Source of the DNA: Vulcanisaeta sp. AZ3
GTDB taxonomy: Archaea > Thermoproteota > Thermoprotei > Thermoproteales > Thermocladiaceae
Length of the DNA: 28,532 bases
NCBI GenBank assembly: GCA_000960865.2
Contig: JZWU02000022.1
Coordinates: forward strand, 1 to 28,532
Direction: 5' to 3'
In this document: positions 1-8,558 of the stretch, one piece after another
How the letters are laid out: each line of letters opens with the position of its first letter
How positions within the stretch are numbered: the stretch's first letter is position 1
Notes under the pieces: model-generated
The model's input: the letters and a program-made list of their open reading frames with translations, nothing else
Told to the model about the DNA's origin: nothing
Databases searched by the model: none
Program-made: the position numbers and the translations under genes

Positions 1-2
1 GG

Positions 3-806
3 AGGGTTCCTAAGTGGGCCACAATAGCTGCGTGGTTGATTGGCGCCTTATTCCTTATACCATATCCTGCATGGGTTTATATAGCCACGTTCATATCCTC
101 AACAACAGTACTGACTTATGTGGTTGTTGGTTCATCACTTGTAACCCTCAGGAAGACTGCGCCTAATGCGCCTAGGCCATTTAGGCTGCCTGCTGCTTAT
201 GTATTTGGTGCCTTGGCCTTCATATTTGCTTACTTAATACCGTATTGGTCTGGTTTCTCAACAATGTGGGGTGTTACTGCATTGGTTCTTGCTGGTTTGC
301 CTCTATTCTACATGTACACAGCCACTGGTAGGTTTGGTGTTGATAGGCTTCGTGCCATTATACTTGGCGTAATTTATTGGATTATACTTGGCTTGGCCAC
401 TTGGTTCTTAGTGTATGAGGATATTATTGTGCCATACAACGCCACTGGTGGTTTGCCATTGAGCTCTGCCTATGTTATGCCCTTTGTGGAGTATTTAGTG
501 GTCATGATTATTGTGATTTTTGCCTTCACTTACTTAATACGTTCGTGGTCTAATGAGGAGGGTAAGCAACATATTAATGCTGGTTGGTGGGTTTTAGGCG
601 TATTATTCACGGTATTAACTCTTGATTTCATAGGACCCTTTGGCGTATTCAAGACACCACCATTACCATTCCCATGGGATACTGTGACAGCAGCCATAGT
701 TGCACTGGTCCTATTCATATGGTCTGCATTTAGTGGAATACCAACAAAAGACCTAGAGGCTGTACTTAGAGAAACAGGTGCCATTAAGAGCGGAGAACAG
801 AAGTAA
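3..806 (+). CDS. APC-family amino acid permease, C-terminal part (5' truncated by window)
   Basis: Frame is open from the window start (RVPKWATIAAWLIG...). Many TM segments and the APC motif 'LRKTAPNAPRPFRLP'. Confidence 0.85.
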   Translation, partial: RVPKWATIAAWLIGALFLIPYPAWVYIATFISSTTVLTYVVVGSSLVTLRKTAPNAPRPFRLPAAYVFGALAFIFAYLIPYWSGFSTMWGVTALVLAGLPLFYMYTATGRFGVDRLRAIILGVIYWIILGLATWFLVYEDIIVPYNATGGLPLSSAYVMPFVEYLVVMIIVIFAFTYLIRSWSNEEGKQHINAGWWVLGVLFTVLTLDFIGPFGVFKTPPLPFPWDTVTAAIVALVLFIWSAFSGIPTKDLEAVLRETGAIKSGEQK

Positions 807-977
807 ATCAATAATCTAAAATCTAAAAATATTAAAATTCAATCCTTATATTTTGTGTTGATTATATCGTTAAGATTGACCAGTAGCAATTATTGAGTGA
901 ATTTATTGGTAGATTAATAATTAGATTAGTAAGTAACTTGGAAATGCGGCGATGAGCATCATTAATGCGGTTACTTA

Positions 978-1493
978 TTAATCTGAAATTACCTTATCAA
1001 TTGGTAACAATCTATCCCTCCAATCAGATACCAACTCAAGTATTAGCATCGTCTCTGTCTGAGCAATGTCTGGGTGTGTTGGTAGGTAATTAATGAGGAA
1101 GTAACTCAATTGTTTAAGGTCCTTAGCCCACACCTTAAGGAGTATGTCGTAACGCCCAGTTACTACGTAGGCCTCCTCAATCCAGGGGAGTTTTGGGTCC
1201 TCATCACAATCCTTGATTATTCTCTCTGTGAGGAGTACTTGTGCAGACTTGCCGCCACTTGGTGCGCTCCTCCTAACGCTAATTAGTACGAAGGCAAGCA
1301 TGTTAAAACCAACCTTCAATGGATCTATGACTGCTCTATACGACGTTATTATACCATCACTCTCAAGCCTAGCCAACCTAGTTGCTATTGTTGTCCTAGG
1401 CCTATTCAGAACCTCCGCCAACTTACTTACCTGTAATCTACCGTCCCTTTGCATCTCCCTCATGATCTCCTTATCTAGTTCATCAATTATCAT
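978..1493 (-). CDS. Lrp/AsnC family transcriptional regulator
   Basis: N-terminal 'IDELDKEIMREMQRDGR...LESDGIITSY' HTH and C-terminal RAM domain 'VTGRYDILLKV'. Confidence 0.95.
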   Translation of the reverse strand: MIIDELDKEIMREMQRDGRLQVSKLAEVLNRPRTTIATRLARLESDGIITSYRAVIDPLKVGFNMLAFVLISVRRSAPSGGKSAQVLLTERIIKDCDEDPKLPWIEEAYVVTGRYDILLKVWAKDLKQLSYFLINYLPTHPDIAQTETMLILELVSDWRDRLLPIDKVISD

Positions 1494-1580
1494 TAAACCA
1501 AGGTAAAGACTTGCACTTTAATTTTTATCTGGGGATAAGAGTATGGTTAATTTTTAATGTTTAATGAGGGAGGGACCGTA

Positions 1581-1907
1581 TTACGCGGGCTCCCCAGTGA
1601 TGTGGTACTTAGCCTTCCACTCCTCGAATTCCTTCCTCTCCTCATCCGATAATGTCTTACTGAACCTGTACCACCTAGACTTTGATTTTGCCGAATCAGG
1701 CGCTTCACTAGTCTTCCAAATGCAGGACACAGGGCAAACAGGTATACAACTAAAGTCGTCTAGGCACAAGTCCCATATGAGCCTTGCCTTGCCGTTTTCA
1801 TCAAGTTCCCATGCTTGGTATGGGCATACCGAGACACACGCACCACAGCCAATGCATATGTCCTGGTCATCTATGACCTTCACGTAAGGTCCTTTCTTCT
1901 CTGCCAT
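1581..1907 (-). CDS. Dicluster ferredoxin (likely 4Fe-4S + 3Fe-4S), copy 1
   Basis: CIGCGACVSVCP plus CLDDFSCIPVCP (CxxDxxCxxxCP); about 45 aa C-terminal extension. Confidence 0.93.
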   Translation of the reverse strand: MAEKKGPYVKVIDDQDICIGCGACVSVCPYQAWELDENGKARLIWDLCLDDFSCIPVCPVSCIWKTSEAPDSAKSKSRWYRFSKTLSDEERKEFEEWKAKYHITGEPA

Positions 1908-1932
1908 ACGAAATGTTATCTAGGCGTAGGTG

Positions 1933-1991
1933 CTAATATACATTGCTGATGATACTCCACATACGTTATATCGGACATGCAGTACCAATAG
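1933..1991 (-). promoter_or_regulatory. TATA-like box plus imperfect 11-24-11 inverted repeat upstream of ferredoxin 1
   Basis: TATATTAG on - strand about 26-33 nt before the ATG. CTGATGATACT(1946-56)-24 nt-AGTACCAATAG(1981-91), homologous to 2483-2528. Confidence 0.65.
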
Positions 1992-2118
1992 ACAAAAGAA
2001 AAATAATTGCACAGAAGGCTTAGGGGAAGTATCGTTAGATTCTGTAATAGCCATGCTCATGTGTTTATGGTTCAAGAAAATTGAGATATTTTAATTATCT
2101 AATGTTAGAATTACGACC

Positions 2119-2445
2119 TCACGCAGGTGCCCAAGTAATGTGGTACTTAGCCTTCCAGTCCTCAAACTCCTTCTTCTCAGCATCAGATAACGCCTTACTG
2201 AACCTATACCAATTGGGCTTGGACTTAGCTGAGTCAGGTGCCTCACTTGTCTTCCAGATACAAGTCACGGGACAGACAGGTACGCAGCTAAAGTCATCCT
2301 TACACATGTCCCATATTAACCTCGCTTTGCCATTCTCGTCAAGCTCCAACGCTTGATATGGACATACCGAGACACATGCACCGCAACCGATACATAGGTC
2401 CATGTCAACCACAACCTTCTGGAAAGGTCCTGTTTTCTCCGCCAT
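2119..2445 (-). CDS. Dicluster ferredoxin, copy 2 (tandem paralog)
   Basis: Same Cys motifs; 88/108 aa identical to copy 1 by manual alignment. Confidence 0.93.
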   Translation of the reverse strand: MAEKTGPFQKVVVDMDLCIGCGACVSVCPYQALELDENGKARLIWDMCKDDFSCVPVCPVTCIWKTSEAPDSAKSKPNWYRFSKALSDAEKKEFEDWKAKYHITWAPA

Positions 2446-2469
2446 ACCACCCGCCTAGTCTATTAGATC

Positions 2470-2528
2470 TTTATAACTATTACTATTGGTACTCCACGCA
2501 CGTATTATCAATCATGAAGTACCAATAG
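2470..2528 (-). promoter_or_regulatory. TATA box plus perfect 11-24-11 inverted repeat upstream of ferredoxin 2
   Basis: TTATAAA (-) at about 2470-76; CTATTGGTACT(2483-93)-24 nt-AGTACCAATAG(2518-28). Confidence 0.7.
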
Positions 2529-2541
2529 ACAAAGAACAAGG

Positions 2542-3255
2542 TCACACCCTGAAGAGCCTGGAGAAATTATTACTAATTCTCTCCCATAAATCCTCAACTG
2601 CCATTCCCTTAATCTCGGCAATTATTTTTGCTGCATCCTTAATCATGGGTGGTTCTAGAGTTATGCCTCTATACTCATATGGCCCATCACTCTCAATGAG
2701 TATCATGTCTAGGGGGGCCTCCTTTGCCACTGCCCTTGATTTTTCCTGAATTTTTATTGCTGCGTTTATTGAGATGTAATAACCATAATCGTGTATTTCC
2801 TGGATTAGGTTTAGGGGGCCTGTGTACCAGTGTATTAATGCCTTATTAACATCATCCCTCCTAATGATCTCAAGCACGTCCTTCCAAGCCTCTGGTGCAT
2901 GTATGTTTAATGGTAAGTCGTACTCCCTAGCCCACCTAACGAATACCCTAAAGAAATCCATCTGCCTCTCGAAGGATTGCGGAACAAACCTCCTATCAAG
3001 ACCAACCTCACCAATACACCTAGCCTCAGAGACTAATCTCTCAACCTGCCTTAACTCATCAATACTAACCTTATCCACATTCCATGGGTGAATACCAACA
3101 CATGGAACCACATTACCAAATCTCTCTGCTAGGTCTAGGGTTCTCCTTGATGATGGGTAATCATCAGATACGCCAGTGATGGTAATCTCCTTAACGAACT
3201 CCTCAATCCTACTATCTAGGAATTCATGTAGGTGGGAGTGAGCGTCGTAGAGCAT
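2542..3255 (-). CDS. tatD: TatD-family metal-dependent nuclease
   Basis: DAHSH, GIHP, GEVGLD, IH, HW and ESDGP motifs. ATG 3255 preferred over TTG 3267 on TATA spacing. Confidence 0.92.
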   Translation of the reverse strand: MLYDAHSHLHEFLDSRIEEFVKEITITGVSDDYPSSRRTLDLAERFGNVVPCVGIHPWNVDKVSIDELRQVERLVSEARCIGEVGLDRRFVPQSFERQMDFFRVFVRWAREYDLPLNIHAPEAWKDVLEIIRRDDVNKALIHWYTGPLNLIQEIHDYGYYISINAAIKIQEKSRAVAKEAPLDMILIESDGPYEYRGITLEPPMIKDAAKIIAEIKGMAVEDLWERISNNFSRLFRV

Positions 3256-3314
3256 TAATGTAATCAACGCCTCACCGCATTAAAAGCATTATTACGTAAA
3301 GCGCCACAAGAGAG

Positions 3315-3761
3315 TCACTGCTCAAGTTTGAAGACCTGGGGCTTAGCCTCAGTCACATCCTCTGGCTTGCCAATCACAACATGTCTAATGGTCTTTGCGA
3401 GAGGCCTTGCTTCACTGATGTAGACCTTGTCGCCTGGGTTAACATCGATGCATGGTGGTACCCTAACGTGCATTTTCTTTCTCCTTCTCTCGTACCTCTT
3501 ATACTTAGGGTTGTAATGTAACCACTCATGAACAACCACAGCGCTCCTCCCATGAACACTCTCCACAGTCACCTCAAATATTTGTCCCCTAATGCTTAGA
3601 TGTCCATGCCATGGGCACTCAGGGTCGTTGCATATCTTCTTAGGTGGTAGAAGCCAGGGAATACCTATATGCCTAACCCTAACATGTTCGCCATTGGGTA
3701 GCTCAATCTTCTCGCCTGGCTTGGGTCTCTCTGGCATTTCCTTAACAATAATTTCAACCAT
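3315..3761 (-). CDS. rps17: 30S ribosomal protein S17 (uS17), archaeal type with terminal extensions
   Basis: 'IGIP...CNDPECPWHGHLSIRG', 'KYKRYERRRKKMH', 'ARPLAKT'. Confidence 0.95.
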   Translation of the reverse strand: MVEIIVKEMPERPKPGEKIELPNGEHVRVRHIGIPWLLPPKKICNDPECPWHGHLSIRGQIFEVTVESVHGRSAVVVHEWLHYNPKYKRYERRRKKMHVRVPPCIDVNPGDKVYISEARPLAKTIRHVVIGKPEDVTEAKPQVFKLEQ

Positions 3762-3800
3762 TAAATCACGGGCATAAATTCCCCTTTAAAACAATTTCTT

Positions 3801-3849
3801 TTGACAAAGAATCGGCAAGCCTCGCCCTTTAGGGCGGGGAGGGGGTCAG
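3801..3849 (+). mobile_element. Solo IS200/IS605-type terminal hairpin (miniature element or scar)
   Basis: AAGCCTCGCCCTTTAGGGCGGGGAGGGGGTCAG is a hairpin plus TCAG end of the kind found at crenarchaeal IS605-type right ends, preceded by TTGAC. No tnpA or tnpB nearby. Confidence 0.7.
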
Positions 3850-3880
3850 TTAATGGTTCGTAGAGTGAATTATTGAAGGA

Positions 3881-3956
3881 GGGATGTTCGGAAATCCCCG
3901 CGGTTCGTCTACCGACTTCATTGGCGACCAATCGGTCGTCTCAGTGGTCTTCCCGC
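3881..3956 (-). ncRNA. K-turn hairpin small RNA, probable non-canonical H/ACA-like pseudouridylation guide
   Basis: GC-rich island folding GCGG/CCGC, internal loop, ACCACU/AGUCGGU, CUGA...AAUGA K-turn, CGACC-GAUU-GGUCG. A second hairpin GGGAU/AUCCC follows. BRE-TATA 27 nt upstream. Confidence 0.7.
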
Positions 3957-3975
3957 AATTTTTATTCTCCCTAAT

Positions 3976-3990
3976 TATTTAAATCTTTGC
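3976..3990 (-). promoter_or_regulatory. BRE-TATA promoter of the putative sRNA
   Basis: GCAAAGA-TTTAAATA on - strand, first T 27 nt upstream of G3956, with no ORF start at that distance. Confidence 0.65.
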
Positions 3991-4064
3991 GTTGCCTAGT
4001 CCTTTTCATGAGTCTTAGGGTAATGTTTATTAACGCCTTGTGCAGTGGTTGTTTTGTATGATGG

Positions 4065-4988
4065 GTGTTGGTATTTGCAGGGAGTGATAGGCGTGTTAAT
4101 GCTTTTCTTAGTGTGCGTGATTTTGTTTTTGGTTCGTGGCCAACGCCTTTGGTGAGGCTTGAGCGCTTTGGTGATGTTTGGGTTAAGTTGGAGTTCTTTA
4201 ATCCTCTTAGTAGGAGTATTAAGGATAGGACTGTCCTATTCCTATTACGTAAGTTTCTTAATGATGGTATTAGTGGTAGGCTTGTTGAGGAGGCTTCCTC
4301 AGGTAATGTTGCTCTGGCCCTCGCGTCCCTAGCTAATATTTATGGTTTTAGGTATAGGGCGTATGTCACGAGGCATTTACCGAGGATTACGGAGGTGTTG
4401 TTGAGGGTTCTTGGGGCTGAGGTTGTTAGGGTTGATAGGGATGGGATTGATGAGGATTTTTGGCGTTGGGTTGGGGAGGTGGCTTCTAGGGATGGTGCCA
4501 TAAACCTAAATCAGTTTGAGAATTTTGATAATCCCGAGGGGCATTATGTCGTGACTGGTGGTGAGGTTGTGGAGCAGTTTAGGAGTGTTGGTAGGAGGCC
4601 TAGGGTTTTGATTGCTGGTGTTGGTACTGGTGGGCATATAACTGGTATTGCTAGGAGGCTTAGGGATGAGTTTGGGGATGTGTATGTGATTGGTGTTCAA
4701 CCCGCCAGTGGGAGTGCCGTACCGGGTCTTAAGCGTGTTGAGGCTGGGACTAGGTGGGTTCGTGAGGTTGTTAATGAGTTCGTTGATGTGGGGTTGGAGG
4801 AAGCTGTTGATGGTGTGGTTAGGGTTGCTAGGAGTGAGGGGTTGCTTATTGGGCTTAGTAGTGGTGCTGTTTTTAAGGCGTTTCTTAAGGTTAGGGAGAG
4901 GTTTGGTGATGTTACTTACCTCCTTATTTTTCCTGATGATATTTATAAGTACGTAGATATTATTGGTCGTTTCGTGAATTCTACGTAA
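4065..4988 (+). CDS. PLP-dependent cysteine synthase family protein (O-acetylserine/O-phosphoserine sulfhydrylase)
   Basis: 'PTPLVRL...KLEFFNPLSRSIKDR' (PLP Lys), ASSGN, NQFEN, GVGTGGH, GLSSGA, IFPD. Confidence 0.9.
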   Translation: MLVFAGSDRRVNAFLSVRDFVFGSWPTPLVRLERFGDVWVKLEFFNPLSRSIKDRTVLFLLRKFLNDGISGRLVEEASSGNVALALASLANIYGFRYRAYVTRHLPRITEVLLRVLGAEVVRVDRDGIDEDFWRWVGEVASRDGAINLNQFENFDNPEGHYVVTGGEVVEQFRSVGRRPRVLIAGVGTGGHITGIARRLRDEFGDVYVIGVQPASGSAVPGLKRVEAGTRWVREVVNEFVDVGLEEAVDGVVRVARSEGLLIGLSSGAVFKAFLKVRERFGDVTYLLIFPDDIYKYVDIIGRFVNST

Positions 4989-5050
4989 GTTTGCTGAAAG
5001 TTTCAGTGTACTGTTTAAATAATAACCTGGAAACACTTATTTAACCTGTA

Positions 5051-5062
5051 CACGTATACGTG
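5051..5062. promoter_or_regulatory. Perfect 12-bp palindrome between TATA-like box and start codon (possible operator)
   Basis: CACGTATACGTG, directly before ATG 5065. Confidence 0.35.
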
Positions 5063-5064
5063 AT

Positions 5065-5307
5065 ATGATGAGCACAAGGTTTAGAGTCCTCGTAAATAGG
5101 AGGATGGGTAGGGTCTTAGTTAGTGGTAAGCCTGAGGACTTAGAATTAATTAGGGAGGGTTGGAGGGTTATTCATGAGGATAGTAATTGGAGAGGTGCCT
5201 TTGAGTATGCGAGGAGTTATGCTGATAAGCATGATTACATCCTTGAATGGTACCTAGAGGAGGAATTCACAATGACTAACACAAGCACCATATTAGAAGT
5301 TAATTAA
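5065..5307 (+). CDS. Small hypothetical protein
   Basis: 80 aa ORF with host-like codon usage and an upstream TATA-like CTTATTTA; no recognisable motif. Confidence 0.7.
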   Translation: MMSTRFRVLVNRRMGRVLVSGKPEDLELIREGWRVIHEDSNWRGAFEYARSYADKHDYILEWYLEEEFTMTNTSTILEVN

Positions 5308-5314
5308 AGTTAAA

Positions 5315-6997
5315 TTAAACCACACCTTGTTTTGCCTCCTCATAAACCTGCACCTGTCCTCTTAAGGCTGAGGCTATTGCTGCTACGAAGGCTAAGGCTG
5401 AACTCACATAGAATAAGGTGTGTAGTGAGTCCATGAATGCCGGGGCTATTGCGTTTGGGAACCAGGTGAGTCTCGTTATTGAACTTATGGCTCCCTGTGG
5501 CACATTACTTAATATGCCTTGTGGTATCATTGATAGCATGGTTCTCACAGGATCATAACCTAGAAATGCCGCGAATAATGCCACTGTTGGTGGTATCCTC
5601 GTTATGTACGGTACTAATGCAGATGCCCCGGCATTTGATAATGCCGTAGCTAGGGCTTGCGGTAAGTAGCCTGCAAATGCTATTATTACTATTGTGAATG
5701 CTAGGGCGAAACTAACAGCCTGTGCCGTATTTTGTAGTGTCGTCCTCATACCATTAGCCGCACCCCTATGTTGCGGGGGTACTGAGTTCATTATTGAGGC
5801 TGTGTTTGGGGAGCTAAACAACCCATTACCTATACCCAACATGAATGTTATTAATGCGAAGATTGGGTATTGGAAGTTATAGGGTAATGTGGCTAGGGCT
5901 AGGAAGCCAATACCCATTATCATCATACCCAGCGTTGCCAGTAGTCTTGGACCATACCTATCCGAAAGCCAACCACTAACTGGGCCTGTCATTAGGAAGC
6001 CGAGCATTAATGGTATCATGTATATCCCAGCCCACAATGGCGTCTCCTCATACGGTATTCCATGGAGTGGCAGCCAAATTGCCTGGAGCCATAGTGTGAG
6101 CATTATCATGAGGCTTCCATAGGCTAGGAATCTCAGTGTTGTTGCTAGTGTGGCTGCCGTGAACATCCTAATCCTGAATAATTCAAGCCTAAACATGGGC
6201 GCCTTAACTCTACTCTCAATAATAGGAAACAACCCTAGCAATACAAGGCCTGCAATGAACGATCCAATCACAAGTGGGCTATCCCAACCAAGGAGCGATT
6301 TACCATAGGGTGCTATTCCATAAGTTAGGGCAAGTAGTATAAAGGTTAAACCAAGCACGAATACCGCATTACCCGCCCAATCAACCTCCTCCTTAACAGG
6401 CCTCCTAACCTCCCTAAGCCTTAGGTAACTCCATATAGTCCCAAAAATACCAAAGGGCACACTGACCAGAAATACATACCGCCAATCATAGATCGCTAGG
6501 ACACCGCCCAATATTAAACCAACGAGACCACCAGCAAGACCAACCACTTGATTTAAGCCAAGGGCAAACCCCCTCTCATTAATTGGGAATGCGTCTGTTA
6601 ATAATGCTGCACTATTCACCATCAAGAGAGCCCCGCCGACCGCCTGCACAAGCCTAAATATTATTATTTCCAAGGCCCCGAGGACCCCCGTGTTTGGTGT
6701 TAGGTATAGGAGTATTGAGCCTATCGTAAATACTAAGAATCCCATGTTGTAGAGCTTAACCCTACCGTACATGTCCGAGAGTCTGCCTAGGGTTACTAGG
6801 AGTGATGCGGTGACTAGGCTGTAACCCATTAGTACCCATAGTAGGTATTGAAATGCGTTGGGGCTTAGTGGGTTTATTTTTATGCCGTTGAATATTGCTG
6901 GTAGTGATATTATTACTATGGTGTTATTCATAAATGCGAGGAGTGTCCCTACCGTGGTATTCGAGAGAACAACCCATTTATACTCCATTAAGGTCAT
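5315..6997 (-). CDS. MFS drug:H+ antiporter-2 (14-TMS) transporter
   Basis: Motif A 'GRLSDMYGR' and '[10 protein letters not shown]', 'RLVQAVGG', '[12 protein letters not shown]'. Confidence 0.93.
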   Translation of the reverse strand: MTLMEYKWVVLSNTTVGTLLAFMNNTIVIISLPAIFNGIKINPLSPNAFQYLLWVLMGYSLVTASLLVTLGRLSDMYGRVKLYNMGFLVFTIGSILLYLTPNTGVLGALEIIIFRLVQAVGGALLMVNSAALLTDAFPINERGFALGLNQVVGLAGGLVGLILGGVLAIYDWRYVFLVSVPFGIFGTIWSYLRLREVRRPVKEEVDWAGNAVFVLGLTFILLALTYGIAPYGKSLLGWDSPLVIGSFIAGLVLLGLFPIIESRVKAPMFRLELFRIRMFTAATLATTLRFLAYGSLMIMLTLWLQAIWLPLHGIPYEETPLWAGIYMIPLMLGFLMTGPVSGWLSDRYGPRLLATLGMMIMGIGFLALATLPYNFQYPIFALITFMLGIGNGLFSSPNTASIMNSVPPQHRGAANGMRTTLQNTAQAVSFALAFTIVIIAFAGYLPQALATALSNAGASALVPYITRIPPTVALFAAFLGYDPVRTMLSMIPQGILSNVPQGAISSITRLTWFPNAIAPAFMDSLHTLFYVSSALAFVAAIASALRGQVQVYEEAKQGVV

Positions 6998-7077
6998 ATC
7001 CTTGACTTTTGAGTAATTTATTGCTTTCTAATTATTGATTAGGAATTGAATTTTTATGGTTTAATTGCTTTAGTGGC

Positions 7078-8463
7078 TTATTTTGTTCGTTCTCTATCGA
7101 TTTTCCTTATAACATCGATGATTATGTCCACAGCCTTCTCAGCGAGTTCTATGGGTATGTTTAGTGGTGGTGCAATTCTAATTGTTGACTTGCCTGAACC
7201 AATAACAGCCACACCCCTCTTAAACGACTCATAAAGCACCTGCTCCAACTCCTTCGTTGCGTATTCCTTAGTCTTTCTATTCCTAACTAACTCAACACCT
7301 ATCATGAGGCCGAGGCCTCTTACATCGCCTATTAATTCCGTCCTATCCATTTCCTCCATAAACCTCCTCTTAATATACTCACCAACCCTCTGGGCATTGG
7401 TTAGTAGATCCTCCTCATTTATTACATTTATAACCTCAATCCCCGCCGCCAAAGTCACTGGATTACCTCCAAAGGTATTCGCATGGGAACCCTTTGGTAA
7501 ATCCATGACACTAGCCCTACCCACTATGGCACCTAGAGGTAGGCCAGCTGCTATTGCCTTAGCCATGGTTATTATGTCAGGCTCAACACCCCAATGCTCA
7601 ATGGCAAACCACTTACCAGTCCTACCAAAACCAGCCTGTACCTCATCATCAACAAGCAATATCCCATACTTATCAGCCAATTTACGTAACTCTGGGAAGA
7701 AATTCTTTGGCGGTACTACATAACCACCCTCACCCTGTACTGGTTCAAGAAATATTGCTGAAACCTCGCTTGGGTCTACCATCTTACCGAATATCCAATC
7801 CTCAAGATAACCAATAACAGCTTCACCACACTCCTCCTCAGTCAGGTTCTTGCCGAAGGGGCATCTGTATGGGTATGGATAGGGTATGTGGATTACGTTT
7901 GGCATCATTGGGTTAAAGCCAAACCTCTGTATTGGCTTGCTTGCAGTTAATGCCATTGAGCCGTAGGTCCTACCATGGAATGCACCAAGGAATGCTATTA
8001 CATAGGGTCTTTGGTTCTTGAAGTGGCCGCGTGAGATCTTTAGTGCGCCCTCTATTGATTCTGTGCCTGAGTTCGTGTAGAATACCCTCTTATCACTGCT
8101 TATTGGGACTATGCTGCTTAGCATTGAAGCATGCTTAACAATGAGTTCGTAATAGAAGTCAGTCATACTATAATGCGTAAATAACTCGGCCTGTCTCTTA
8201 ATTGCCTCAACAATCCGTGGATGACTATGACCAACATTCATCACGGCAATACCAGCGTTAAAATCTATGTAGAGATTCCCATCAACATCCTCAACAACAG
8301 GCCCATAACCCCGCCGAATAACCAATGGGTACCACCGACCAAAGGACTGCATTAGTAGTGATGCATCTGCTTTAACAATTTCCTGGGCCTTCGGACCTGG
8401 TGGTTCAACAACTATTTTAGGCACATCACCCATGTCTATATCCCAATACCATTTGGGAGCCAT
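7078..8463 (-). CDS. Class III aminotransferase (4-aminobutyrate/(acetyl)ornithine omega-aminotransferase-like)
   Basis: GHSHP, NSGTESIEGALK, FHGRT, EPVQGEGG, DEVQAGFGRTG, MAKAI (PLP Lys), NTFGGN. Confidence 0.93.
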   Translation of the reverse strand: MAPKWYWDIDMGDVPKIVVEPPGPKAQEIVKADASLLMQSFGRWYPLVIRRGYGPVVEDVDGNLYIDFNAGIAVMNVGHSHPRIVEAIKRQAELFTHYSMTDFYYELIVKHASMLSSIVPISSDKRVFYTNSGTESIEGALKISRGHFKNQRPYVIAFLGAFHGRTYGSMALTASKPIQRFGFNPMMPNVIHIPYPYPYRCPFGKNLTEEECGEAVIGYLEDWIFGKMVDPSEVSAIFLEPVQGEGGYVVPPKNFFPELRKLADKYGILLVDDEVQAGFGRTGKWFAIEHWGVEPDIITMAKAIAAGLPLGAIVGRASVMDLPKGSHANTFGGNPVTLAAGIEVINVINEEDLLTNAQRVGEYIKRRFMEEMDRTELIGDVRGLGLMIGVELVRNRKTKEYATKELEQVLYESFKRGVAVIGSGKSTIRIAPPLNIPIELAEKAVDIIIDVIRKIDRERTK

Positions 8464-8558
8464 TGATAGCCAACCGATTTGCTGAATTAATAAATTCTTC
8501 TTTATAGGACTTCAGCGTTAATAACTAAATAAATAGATTATATTTATTCCAATAAATA

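Noticed and set aside
947-986. GATGA...CTGA resembling a C/D box sRNA
   Set aside because: Too short for two guides, no C'/D' boxes, AT-rich interior.
3900-3956. tRNA, hammerhead, TPP/SAM riboswitch or RNase P reading of the structured element
   Set aside because: No T-loop or cloverleaf, no CUGANGA/GAAA core, and no riboswitch or RNase P conserved boxes. The K-turn guide model fits better.
4506-5036. 176-aa Asn/Thr/Pro-rich ORF on - strand, and other antisense ORFs in the track
   Set aside because: Shadow frames of well-supported genes; the low complexity results from G/T skew.
7078-8463. Amino acid racemase of the GABA-AT family
   Set aside because: It keeps QGEGG, typical of true omega-aminotransferases; no positive evidence for a racemase.
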